A stretch of 64,000 nucleotides of DNA from an uncultured Candidatus Bathyarchaeia archaeon (GTDB taxonomy: Archaea; Thermoproteota; CALKCG01; B24; DRYS01): assembly GCA_964491605.1 (NCBI GenBank), contig CAZBGY010000006.1, positions 3,869 to 67,868 of the forward strand, read 5' to 3'. The notes under the pieces were generated by a model. It ran no database searches, was not told the DNA's origin, and saw only the letters and a program-made list of their open reading frames with translations. Shown piece by piece: positions 9,798 to 17,937 of this stretch (within the stretch, counting starts at the first letter, position 1; each line of letters begins with the position of its first letter). Made by a program: the position numbers and the translations under genes.

Positions 9798-10940
9798 GTG
9801 AAGTTTATGGATAGCTATACTCCTAGGGAAGCTGTAGATATTCTTTCCCGTATGCTAGAAATATATTCACCTACTGGTTATGAGAGAGGGTTAGCAGATT
9901 TTATCTACAAGCTACTATTAGATCACGGATTAAACGTTAGGATGGATCCTGTAGGTAATGTCATAGCTACTATAGGGTATGGTGATCCTAAGATATTGCT
10001 ATGCGGGCATATGGATACGGTACCAGGCTATATTCCTGTTAGGGTTAGAGGCATACGTATATATGGTAGAGGGGCTGTGGATGCTAAAGGTCCTTTAGCA
10101 TCTATGATATCGGCATCTATAATCGCATCCCACTGCAAGATTAACGGTACGATCATACTTGCATGCGTAGTAGATGAGGAGGGGGGAAGTAAAGGTGTGT
10201 TGAAGCTTATAGAGGATGGGTTTAAAGTAGATTATGCGATCTTCGGTGAACCTAGCGGGACTTCCAACGTTACAGTAGGGTATAAGGGTAGCATGCATAT
10301 GAAACTGATGGTTAAAGGTATGGGTGGGCATGCATCAGCTCCCTGGCTCTTCCATAATCCTTTAGAAATAATTTTCGAAGCTTACAGATCGATTAAAGGA
10401 GGAATTGAAAGCCTCGTAGATTCTAATGATAGATTTTACAGGTATAGCGTAGCGTTAACCATGGTTAAAGGTGGTATAGCCGCTAATGTTATACCCTCGG
10501 AAGCTGAAGGTTATCTAGATATAAGGCTTCCTCCAGGATCAAATCCTACATCTATCTATGAGATCGTGAAGCAGGAGGTTTCGAAGATTGTTAACAGGTA
10601 TAGGGGGATTAGGTTGAATATGGAACTCCTCGGTTCGACTCCTCCCTATGAGGAGAAGGTGGATTCGGTATTGGTGAAGGCTTTTCAGGATGCCATAAAA
10701 TTGGAGCTGAACGTGGAAGCTGGGATCCTCAGGAAGAGTGGAACAAGCGATATGAACATCTATGCTGCTAAGATGGGTGTTCCATCTGTAGCGTATGGAC
10801 CTGGAAATCCTAGGTTATCGCATAGAAATATCGAGTGGATAGAGATAAATGACTATCTGCACTCTATAAGAATACTACTTAAAGTTCTATCGAATTTTAT
10901 AGGATTAGATCTAAATGAAGTTTATAGAGTGTTTACATAA
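9798..10940 (+). CDS. lysK: [LysW]-lysine/ornithine hydrolase (M20 ArgE/LysK family)
   Basis: LLCGHMDTVPG and M20 peptidase metal-binding motifs. 380 aa. Confidence 0.8.
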   Translation: MKFMDSYTPREAVDILSRMLEIYSPTGYERGLADFIYKLLLDHGLNVRMDPVGNVIATIGYGDPKILLCGHMDTVPGYIPVRVRGIRIYGRGAVDAKGPLASMISASIIASHCKINGTIILACVVDEEGGSKGVLKLIEDGFKVDYAIFGEPSGTSNVTVGYKGSMHMKLMVKGMGGHASAPWLFHNPLEIIFEAYRSIKGGIESLVDSNDRFYRYSVALTMVKGGIAANVIPSEAEGYLDIRLPPGSNPTSIYEIVKQEVSKIVNRYRGIRLNMELLGSTPPYEEKVDSVLVKAFQDAIKLELNVEAGILRKSGTSDMNIYAAKMGVPSVAYGPGNPRLSHRNIEWIEINDYLHSIRILLKVLSNFIGLDLNEVYRVFT

Positions 10941-10977
10941 ATTGCTGTTAGCTTATTACTAAGGAGAAACAGTAACT

Positions 10978-12198
10978 TCACTCATATCTGAAGTTACGTT
11001 TGGATAACTCCTCCTCTATCGATCTAGCTATCAGCTCCGGTTGGATAGGTAAGCCTATGAGTGTAGTCTTACCCCTATAACCTACACTGGAGGGTTTGAT
11101 TTCTAGTAGTCCAACCGTAGATAACGTCTTCACATAACTCCAAACCTGTGTATGCTTCTTAGGCTCCAAATTGTATTCTTCGCATACGACTCTATAAGCT
11201 TCTTCAACTCTCCCTGTCGGGAAGTATGCCTCCTCAGGTGAGAATTGAGATATACGTGCTACGGCTAGCAGTAGGAGTAACTCATGGTCGGATAAATTTC
11301 TAAGGCTATCCCTAACTGGGATCATGCTGTATACGACGGATTGCTGAACTGCACGTATATGGATCGGTAGAACTATTCTAGAACCTATACTATCAGCATA
11401 CCTACCTGCTTTGAGTAGAAGTTCGACAGCCCATCTTATATTGCTCGATGATACGCATATGTCCGTTATAAGTTTTAAAGCTTCATCTGATATAGCGCCA
11501 TGCTTGAACGCCAGATCCGCTCTATATTTAACGATATCATAGATCTCGCTTCTGCTATAGTTGTGTAAATCTAGAACGTAGCCTTGAAGCGTCTCTAGCA
11601 CCGGTGCGCTTAAGCTACGTAGAACCTTAGGATCCCTTACGATAAGGATCATATGAACCCTCTGCTTCAATCCCATGGCTACTTCATATAGCCTCGAGAG
11701 ACTTGCAAGAAGCTTTAAGCCTCTAGGTGATAACAGAGCTTCAACTTCATCCAACGCTAGAAGAAGATGGCAATCCCTATCCTCTAAAGTCTTCAATATG
11801 AACGATAGAATTTCTTCAGATGAGAATCCCCTTGACGGAAAGTTGGGTATAATCTTCGATGATATTTCTGTAAGAATAATATGAGGACTTCCCCTAAATT
11901 CTTGGGCATTAACGTATATTGAATATAATCTAATACCTCTATCTTTACACATCTTTTCAAGGTCGTTGCAGAATCTACGTACCAATACTGTTTTACCCAC
12001 TCCCGTCGAACCTATGATAGTAGCTTTAGAAGCCATGCTGCCTGGATCATCGAGTAGTGGACGGAATACTCTAGCTAGAATCTTATATTCATACTCCCTA
12101 TGAGGAAGATGCGGGGGTATATAGGATAGATCTAACGTACGTTCATCCTTGAATACGCTTTGTATTCTAAGGCCTTCCTTCAGTATATCTTCGCTCAT
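10978..12198 (-). CDS. cdc6: Orc1/Cdc6 replication initiator
   Basis: VFKDERTLDLSYIPPHLPHREYEYKIL is the Orc1 N-terminus. Walker A GSTGVGKT. C-terminal winged helix. 406 aa. Confidence 0.9.
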   Translation of the reverse strand: MSEDILKEGLRIQSVFKDERTLDLSYIPPHLPHREYEYKILARVFRPLLDDPGSMASKATIIGSTGVGKTVLVRRFCNDLEKMCKDRGIRLYSIYVNAQEFRGSPHIILTEISSKIIPNFPSRGFSSEEILSFILKTLEDRDCHLLLALDEVEALLSPRGLKLLASLSRLYEVAMGLKQRVHMILIVRDPKVLRSLSAPVLETLQGYVLDLHNYSRSEIYDIVKYRADLAFKHGAISDEALKLITDICVSSSNIRWAVELLLKAGRYADSIGSRIVLPIHIRAVQQSVVYSMIPVRDSLRNLSDHELLLLLAVARISQFSPEEAYFPTGRVEEAYRVVCEEYNLEPKKHTQVWSYVKTLSTVGLLEIKPSSVGYRGKTTLIGLPIQPELIARSIEEELSKRNFRYE

Positions 12199-12351
12199 AG
12201 AGTCTCATTACGGCTTATATCAGCTTAAACTATTAAGCAATAGAGCTAGATCGATACAAAGTTCGCAGCTTTAAGTAGACTGCTTTTAAGCTCAAAGCTA
12301 AACCGTAAGGTTTATCTACCGTGCCAGCGTGATCATAATAACAAAATAGTT

Positions 12352-12702
12352 ATGAGAGAAGATATGATAATAGTTACGACCCAGTGGATTCCAGGGTACG
12401 AGGTAGAGGAGATTTTAGGGCTCGTATGGGGTTTAAGCGTTAGAACTAGAGGTATGCTAGGAAGGTTCATCTCAGGTATAGAAGCGATGGTGGGAGGCAG
12501 AGGATCAGCATACCTAGAGGAGCTTGATAAAGCTCGTAGGGAAGCTTTAGAAGATCTTAAAAGAAGAGCTGCTGATATAGGTGCTAACGCCGTGTTATCG
12601 ATAGATTTCGAGACTACGGAGATACTAGAGGGATTTATAATCGTTACAGTATATGGGACAGCTGTTAGGGCTAGGAAAGTAGTGTCTAGCTCTACGCGAT
12701 GA
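12352..12702 (+). CDS. YbjQ/UPF0145 family protein
   Basis: 116 aa with the GMLGRFISGIEAMVGGRGSAYLEELDKARREALEDLKRRAADIGANAV pattern of the UPF0145 family. Confidence 0.65.
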   Translation: MREDMIIVTTQWIPGYEVEEILGLVWGLSVRTRGMLGRFISGIEAMVGGRGSAYLEELDKARREALEDLKRRAADIGANAVLSIDFETTEILEGFIIVTVYGTAVRARKVVSSSTR

Positions 12703-13429
12703 TACTGCTACTGTTAAGGTATCTAACCCTATCGATAAGCATCGAAAGTTTACCTTCATCTAAACGGCTTCGAATCCAGTTCTTCACGTTACATACCGCC
12801 CTCCTTACACCTACCACATCGAAACCCAGCCTATACACTGCATCGATATCATCCAACGTTAGACCTCCAGCTAACGCTTTGATCAAACCATTAGATGAAG
12901 CCTTCTCTACAAACATACTAAGGTAACTCGGATCTAAATAGTCGAATACGTTACCCTCACCTTTAGATTTAACATCTATCATCACACCATCTGCTCCCAC
13001 TTTAGCTGCGATTTCGATGATCTTCATAGGTTCTATAGATCCTATTTTAGCATAATCCGCATAACCTACCAAAACTACTTTAGCATCTGGTGAGGCTTCT
13101 CTCACAGCTATACATACTTCGCGTGCAAGCTTCAACCCATCTCTAATCCTTGAAACACCGTATAAACCTGCCTTAATATAGTCGACGCCTAACGTAGCTG
13201 CACCGCGAGCAGCTAGAGAGGCTGTACCGGGTAGGTTCAGTAGATCCCCTATAGTAGCACTAACCTCTATATTCTTAGGGACGATTATCCTAACATCTCT
13301 TATCACTCTAGGTAGATTTGCGCCTAGAGCCCCTTCCCTAGGATTCTTAACATCCACTATATCGACACCTAGCTTTGAAGCAATTTTAGCTTCTCGTTGA
13401 TCTACTACGCTTACGAGGAGCTTCAGCAA
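12692..13429 (-). CDS. MfnB-like class I aldolase (COG1891/DUF556; (5-formylfuran-3-yl)methyl phosphate synthase family)
   Basis: MLKLLVSVVDQREAKIASKLGVDIVDVKNPREGALGANLP is co-linear with the MfnB N-terminus (MLLLVSPI...DIIDVKNPKEGSLGANFP), including the Schiff-base Lys in DVKNP. A C-terminal ALAGG block is present. Confidence 0.6.
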   Translation of the reverse strand: MLKLLVSVVDQREAKIASKLGVDIVDVKNPREGALGANLPRVIRDVRIIVPKNIEVSATIGDLLNLPGTASLAARGAATLGVDYIKAGLYGVSRIRDGLKLAREVCIAVREASPDAKVVLVGYADYAKIGSIEPMKIIEIAAKVGADGVMIDVKSKGEGNVFDYLDPSYLSMFVEKASSNGLIKALAGGLTLDDIDAVYRLGFDVVGVRRAVCNVKNWIRSRLDEGKLSMLIDRVRYLNSSSIIA

Positions 13430-14663
13430 CCGTCACCTCAGCTTTCCTTTTCAGGAATTCTACTTCTGAATTTGTTAGCTCATAACTTTTTAGAATTTTA
13501 ATACCATAGTCTGGATTACTTCTAAGTATGAATAGTATATATGGGATTACATCGGATCTCACAGTCCTCCTAGATGTTAAGCATCTAGAAGCTATCTTAG
13601 AAGCTATAGACTCCATAATTTCCCTCTCCTCTCTGATCGATGAAAGGAATTTTATTCTTTCAGGGAAGTGAAACGGAGTCCATTTAGGTTTAGTAGCTTC
13701 TCTAGCTACAGCTACACCTCCGCTCATCATCTCGGTAGCGAAAGCTAGTAAATCCCACCTTTGAAATAGTTTAACCCTCGATCTAACCATATCAGCTCTA
13801 GCTAGATTCTCCATAGCTATAGCTAGATCCCGAGGATCTGTAAGCTGCGAAGGAGCGTTCTCATATATCCATTCAAAAATCATATCTGGATCCATATCTA
13901 TAAGAGAGAGAGCACGTCTAGCGGTTGAGACTGTTTTAGCGTTGAATATCATCGATAGTACATCGAATATCGGCTCCATACGATTCCTGTATGGAAGCCA
14001 CTTCACATCATCTATAGTTATCCTCTTCCTTCCTTGAGCCACTGTTTGAAGATCATTTATAGCCGATCTCAAATCCCCCTCAGATCTCTTAGCTATGAAT
14101 TCTAAAGCCTCCTTATCGACTTCTATACCTTCCCTTTGACATATATCCCTAAGCTTCTTCACAACCTCCCATTGCTTAAGCCTCTTGAATTCTATCATAA
14201 GGCATACAGATCTTAAGGATGCAAGCTTAGGATCCCATGCATCATTAGCTGTTAGGACTATAGGTTGACGGGACTTTTCTAAAACCTCCAATATAGCTTT
14301 CAACCCACCTCTATCCTCCTCGCTCATCCCATCCACCTCATCCAACAGTATTATGCGCTTAGCTGTAACCCCCATCAAAGTGCCTTGAGACGCCGCTATG
14401 CCTACAATACGTTTTATGATAGTTTCACTTCTTTGATCGCTTGCGTTTAACTCGACTAGATCGTAGCCGTAGGTTCTCGCCGTAGCCTCTACGAGGCTGG
14501 TTTTACCCGTACCCGCTGGACCGTATAGGAGGGCAGCTTTATATGTCGGCTTTCCTTTAACCCAGCTTTCTATCCATTCGATAAACTTCTTCTTAGAATC
14601 TTCGTTACCTACGACTTCCTCTATTCTTTTCGGACGATACTTTATTATCCAAGGTATAGTCAA
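13386..14663 (-). CDS. rfcL: Replication factor C large subunit
   Basis: WIIKYRPKRIEEVVGNED...LLYGPAGTGKTS are the RFC boxes. 425 aa with a basic C-terminal tail. Confidence 0.9.
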   Translation of the reverse strand: MTIPWIIKYRPKRIEEVVGNEDSKKKFIEWIESWVKGKPTYKAALLYGPAGTGKTSLVEATARTYGYDLVELNASDQRSETIIKRIVGIAASQGTLMGVTAKRIILLDEVDGMSEEDRGGLKAILEVLEKSRQPIVLTANDAWDPKLASLRSVCLMIEFKRLKQWEVVKKLRDICQREGIEVDKEALEFIAKRSEGDLRSAINDLQTVAQGRKRITIDDVKWLPYRNRMEPIFDVLSMIFNAKTVSTARRALSLIDMDPDMIFEWIYENAPSQLTDPRDLAIAMENLARADMVRSRVKLFQRWDLLAFATEMMSGGVAVAREATKPKWTPFHFPERIKFLSSIREEREIMESIASKIASRCLTSRRTVRSDVIPYILFILRSNPDYGIKILKSYELTNSEVEFLKRKAEVTVAEAPRKRSRSTRS

Positions 14664-15634
14664 CTCGAACCCCTACCGGCTAATACAAGTCTTGCTAGGA
14701 ATGCTGAAATCTGAACTTCCTCATCTGCTCCTTGAGCTATCCTAAAATCTATTTCACCTAGATAGTTTATCAGTTCGATCTTCTGCTTCTCGCTTATATC
14801 TAGATCGAATATCCTAGAATGTATCCGTTTAACTATATCGCTACCAGTATACCCCCTCTGGTATAGAAGCATCCTTAGTAGAGATCTACTCTTAGAGAAT
14901 TCACCCTTAAGTGCGTAATCCATCATCTCCGCTACTTCTTTAGGGTGAACCCATCCAATTACGTCGTAAACTACGTCCGCGGTTATAGGTTTACCTAAGG
15001 AAGCTGCGGCTTGAAGCGTATTAACGGCTTTCCTAAGATCGCCCTCCGCTACCTCATATATAGCTTGCGCTCCATCCCTGGTAAGCTCAACCCCTTCAGC
15101 ATCGCATATACGTCTAAGGTATATGTAGGTATCTTCGAATGATAACGGTGTAAACCTGAATATAGCGGTTCTAGACTGTATAGGCTCTATAATCCTATTA
15201 CTATAGTTGCAGCTAAGTATGAAGCGGCAGGTATCGGTATATCTCTCCATAGTTCTTCTTAAAGCTTGCTGAGCATCGGCTGTAAGGTTATCGGCTTCAT
15301 CGAGTACGAGTATCTTGAATGGTACATCCGTAAGCGTAGCAGATCTTGCAAAATTCTTAACTGTAGTCCTTATAACGTCTATACCACGCTCATCTGAAGC
15401 ATTGAGTTCGAGAAAGTTTTCGCGATAACCCTCGCCAAAGAGGTCGTGTGCAAGACAATGAGCGGCTGTAGTTTTACCAGTACCAGGTGGACCTGCGAAA
15501 AGACAGTGAGGCATGGTCTTGGTTTCTACAAACCTTTTAAGCCTTTCGACTATCTCCCTTTGATTAACTATTTCATCTAATGTTTTCGGGCGATACTTCT
15601 CAACCCAGAGCTCGAACTCTCTAGATAAACTCAT
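14660..15634 (-). CDS. rfcS: Replication factor C small subunit
   Basis: WVEKYRPKTLDEIVNQ...LFAGPPGTGKTT, a DEAD box and the SRC motif region. 324 aa, no intein. Confidence 0.93.
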   Translation of the reverse strand: MSLSREFELWVEKYRPKTLDEIVNQREIVERLKRFVETKTMPHCLFAGPPGTGKTTAAHCLAHDLFGEGYRENFLELNASDERGIDVIRTTVKNFARSATLTDVPFKILVLDEADNLTADAQQALRRTMERYTDTCRFILSCNYSNRIIEPIQSRTAIFRFTPLSFEDTYIYLRRICDAEGVELTRDGAQAIYEVAEGDLRKAVNTLQAAASLGKPITADVVYDVIGWVHPKEVAEMMDYALKGEFSKSRSLLRMLLYQRGYTGSDIVKRIHSRIFDLDISEKQKIELINYLGEIDFRIAQGADEEVQISAFLARLVLAGRGSS

Positions 15635-15760
15635 AGCCTGATAGACAGATGAATGTTCGGACGATATAAACTGTTAGCCGCTATATACGGAGTAAAAGTA
15701 ACCTATTCAGTCGATTAGTTTTATCCATATTCAGGCTTAAACACGATCGGTATGTAAGGT

Positions 15761-17806
15761 TTAGAAGCGTTTCAAAAACGGTAGATAAGGAGATCTTCTC
15801 TTGTATAGGACTAAAATAGTCGTTAACGATGCGGCGGCTACAGCTGCCGTCACTATAGCTATGTATGGAAACCTATACTCAGATACGCTTACCCTAATCT
15901 TCTCTGTCTCGTAGATTAAATCTTGAGACGAATAGCGAGCCCAGATATCCAGAGCCCCATTCTTAACAGCTTTGAAGCTGTAGGAGAATGTCCCATTACC
16001 TGTAACCTGGATTTCAGATATAGGTTCTCCATCTACGATTAAAGTAATGTTCTCTCCCCTCAACCCTACCTTATGGATGCGAAGCACTCCAGTTATCTTG
16101 ACTTCATCCCCTATACTTACATCATTCTTATCTGATTCTATCCTGAACTCTGGTTCGCCCCATATGATATCTATCGACCCAAAATTAGGTAGATAGGATA
16201 GGTATACCCAACATTCATCCAGAGATCTAGATATTCTAGGTTTCATATACACCTCGCCATCCGATGCGCATGCGATGATGCCGCCTATCAAGCTATTAGG
16301 TATGGATATATTAAATGCTTCGGTGCACCTTCCTGTACCTTTTAATGTTAGCGTCAAAGAATCGGATCGTAGGATTGGATCTGATAATAGTGTGGAGTTC
16401 GTGTAGATCTTTAGGATGTATAGTTTACCATCTAGTTTGCATCGAGATTCGTAGAATGTTAAATCCGATACACCAATAGTATTTTTAACCTTACGTAAAA
16501 CAACTCTATCTATAGAGTCTAGGTTTCTAAACATCCATATAATTCGATGCTTACCCTCTATCTTCATAGGTTTACTAATGTTTTCAAACAGATCTGGCAT
16601 TGATAATTCAACCATACTCGTAGAATTCGAAGAACCTTCTAGAGATAGTGTGAATTTATCCATAGGTATCTTACGAGAGAGATCGGAAACTATTCTTAGC
16701 ATGTTGTATGGATCTATATCTGCAAGTTTTACTCCAGAAATATATACATTTAATGTATTGTTCCATAAATTTAAATCTATATCTAAATTTTTAATAGATA
16801 TTTTAGTAGGATATTTCAAAATCTTCAATAGGATACTATATTCCTGTAAATCTCTGATTAAATAAGATGTAGCCCACATAATCTCCGTAGCATACCTATC
16901 TATATCTCCAGAGAAGTCGAGAATACCTGAAACGTTTACCAAGCCATTCTCCGTCTTGCAATGGATCCATCCACTCGTTATCCATGCATACCTTAATTCA
17001 GATGCTTTATCGATAGTTTCGAAAAATAGTCGTAGAGCAGTATCCCAAGCGGCGGATCTACGTACTTGCATCCATCCTGGGTTATCGCATACTATTGGGA
17101 GCTCTATATCTGATTCGAGAAGTTTCCTAAGCCCTATTAAGCTACCTGAGAGTTTAGAGGAGAGGTAAAGGATGCATCTATCATGTTCTGTAGTATAATA
17201 TTCGAGCTGTAATCCTAGCGATAGAGCCCCTTCAGATGATGCATCTATAAGCATCTTGAGTAGCCTCACTATAGTAGGTATGGTCCTTATAAATCCCTCC
17301 ACTGTAGTTTGATTGATCCCCATCGACATATAGCTTAACGATATAGTGATATTGGATTCGACTTCTAGGAAGCGTGAAACTTTTATATATCTACCTTTAC
17401 TTACAGACGTTAAGTTAAGCCCCTCAGCCCTAAACATAGATATGTTCGATGAAAATCCGATTTCGTCTCTACTCCCTTCGAATATCCAGTTTGAACTAAA
17501 TGAGTAATTCATGATTGCTTCATAAACTTTAGAAATTAGAAGTGAAGCGTTAAACACATATTTATAGTGCTCTCTCTCAGCTTCCGCTCTAATTCTAAGC
17601 TTTAAAATATCTAATTCCTCTATATCTAGTTGAATACCTTCGGCTTTAAGCTTAACCCCTATCGATTCATCTGGGTAGAATCTAAGAGTTAGATCTCCTA
17701 CGATATGCTCTGCATTACTGGATGCAGAATAGGGCGATTCAGATAGATATATGTAGCTAACGTATGGCAGGATTAGTATTATGACCAGCAATTTAGCCGT
17801 AATCAC
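15761..17806 (-). CDS. Large secreted/cell-surface protein with N-terminal signal peptide and C-terminal TM anchor; many N-glycosylation sequons
   Basis: The N-terminus is hydrophobic (LLVIILILPYVSYIYL). The C-terminus has a TM helix plus a basic tail (IAIVTAAVAAASLTTILVLYKRRSPYL). There are at least 10 N-x-S/T sequons and an S/N/L-rich composition. No recognisable catalytic motif. Confidence 0.5.
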   Translation of the reverse strand: MITAKLLVIILILPYVSYIYLSESPYSASSNAEHIVGDLTLRFYPDESIGVKLKAEGIQLDIEELDILKLRIRAEAEREHYKYVFNASLLISKVYEAIMNYSFSSNWIFEGSRDEIGFSSNISMFRAEGLNLTSVSKGRYIKVSRFLEVESNITISLSYMSMGINQTTVEGFIRTIPTIVRLLKMLIDASSEGALSLGLQLEYYTTEHDRCILYLSSKLSGSLIGLRKLLESDIELPIVCDNPGWMQVRRSAAWDTALRLFFETIDKASELRYAWITSGWIHCKTENGLVNVSGILDFSGDIDRYATEIMWATSYLIRDLQEYSILLKILKYPTKISIKNLDIDLNLWNNTLNVYISGVKLADIDPYNMLRIVSDLSRKIPMDKFTLSLEGSSNSTSMVELSMPDLFENISKPMKIEGKHRIIWMFRNLDSIDRVVLRKVKNTIGVSDLTFYESRCKLDGKLYILKIYTNSTLLSDPILRSDSLTLTLKGTGRCTEAFNISIPNSLIGGIIACASDGEVYMKPRISRSLDECWVYLSYLPNFGSIDIIWGEPEFRIESDKNDVSIGDEVKITGVLRIHKVGLRGENITLIVDGEPISEIQVTGNGTFSYSFKAVKNGALDIWARYSSQDLIYETEKIRVSVSEYRFPYIAIVTAAVAAASLTTILVLYKRRSPYLPFLKRF

Positions 17807-17828
17807 GGTTAATTCTCATACTTCTATA

Positions 17829-17838
17829 CTACGCGTAG
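17829..17838. promoter_or_regulatory. 10-bp perfect palindrome CTACGCGTAG, 23-32 nt upstream of the surface-protein gene start
   Basis: Read directly. Lies between a TATA-like element (cttaaaat on the minus strand) and the ATG at 17806. Confidence 0.4.
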
Positions 17839-17876
17839 ATTTTAAGCTTGTAGAACTATGCCGATGTTAGAAAACT

Positions 17877-17888
17877 CCCTTTAAAGGG
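17877..17888. promoter_or_regulatory. 12-bp perfect palindrome CCCTTTAAAGGG in the GH3 / surface-protein intergenic region
   Basis: Read directly. Confidence 0.4.
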
Positions 17889-17937
17889 TTGGGAAATATC
17901 CATAAATATGCGAATTCCAGTAGACGGTGAATCCTCA

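Noticed and set aside
12199-12351. Replication origin (ORB repeats) upstream of orc1/cdc6
   Set aside because: The region is only about 150 bp and shows no repeated ORB or mini-ORB-like elements by eye. Not called as an origin. Left as a low-interest finding for computational checking.
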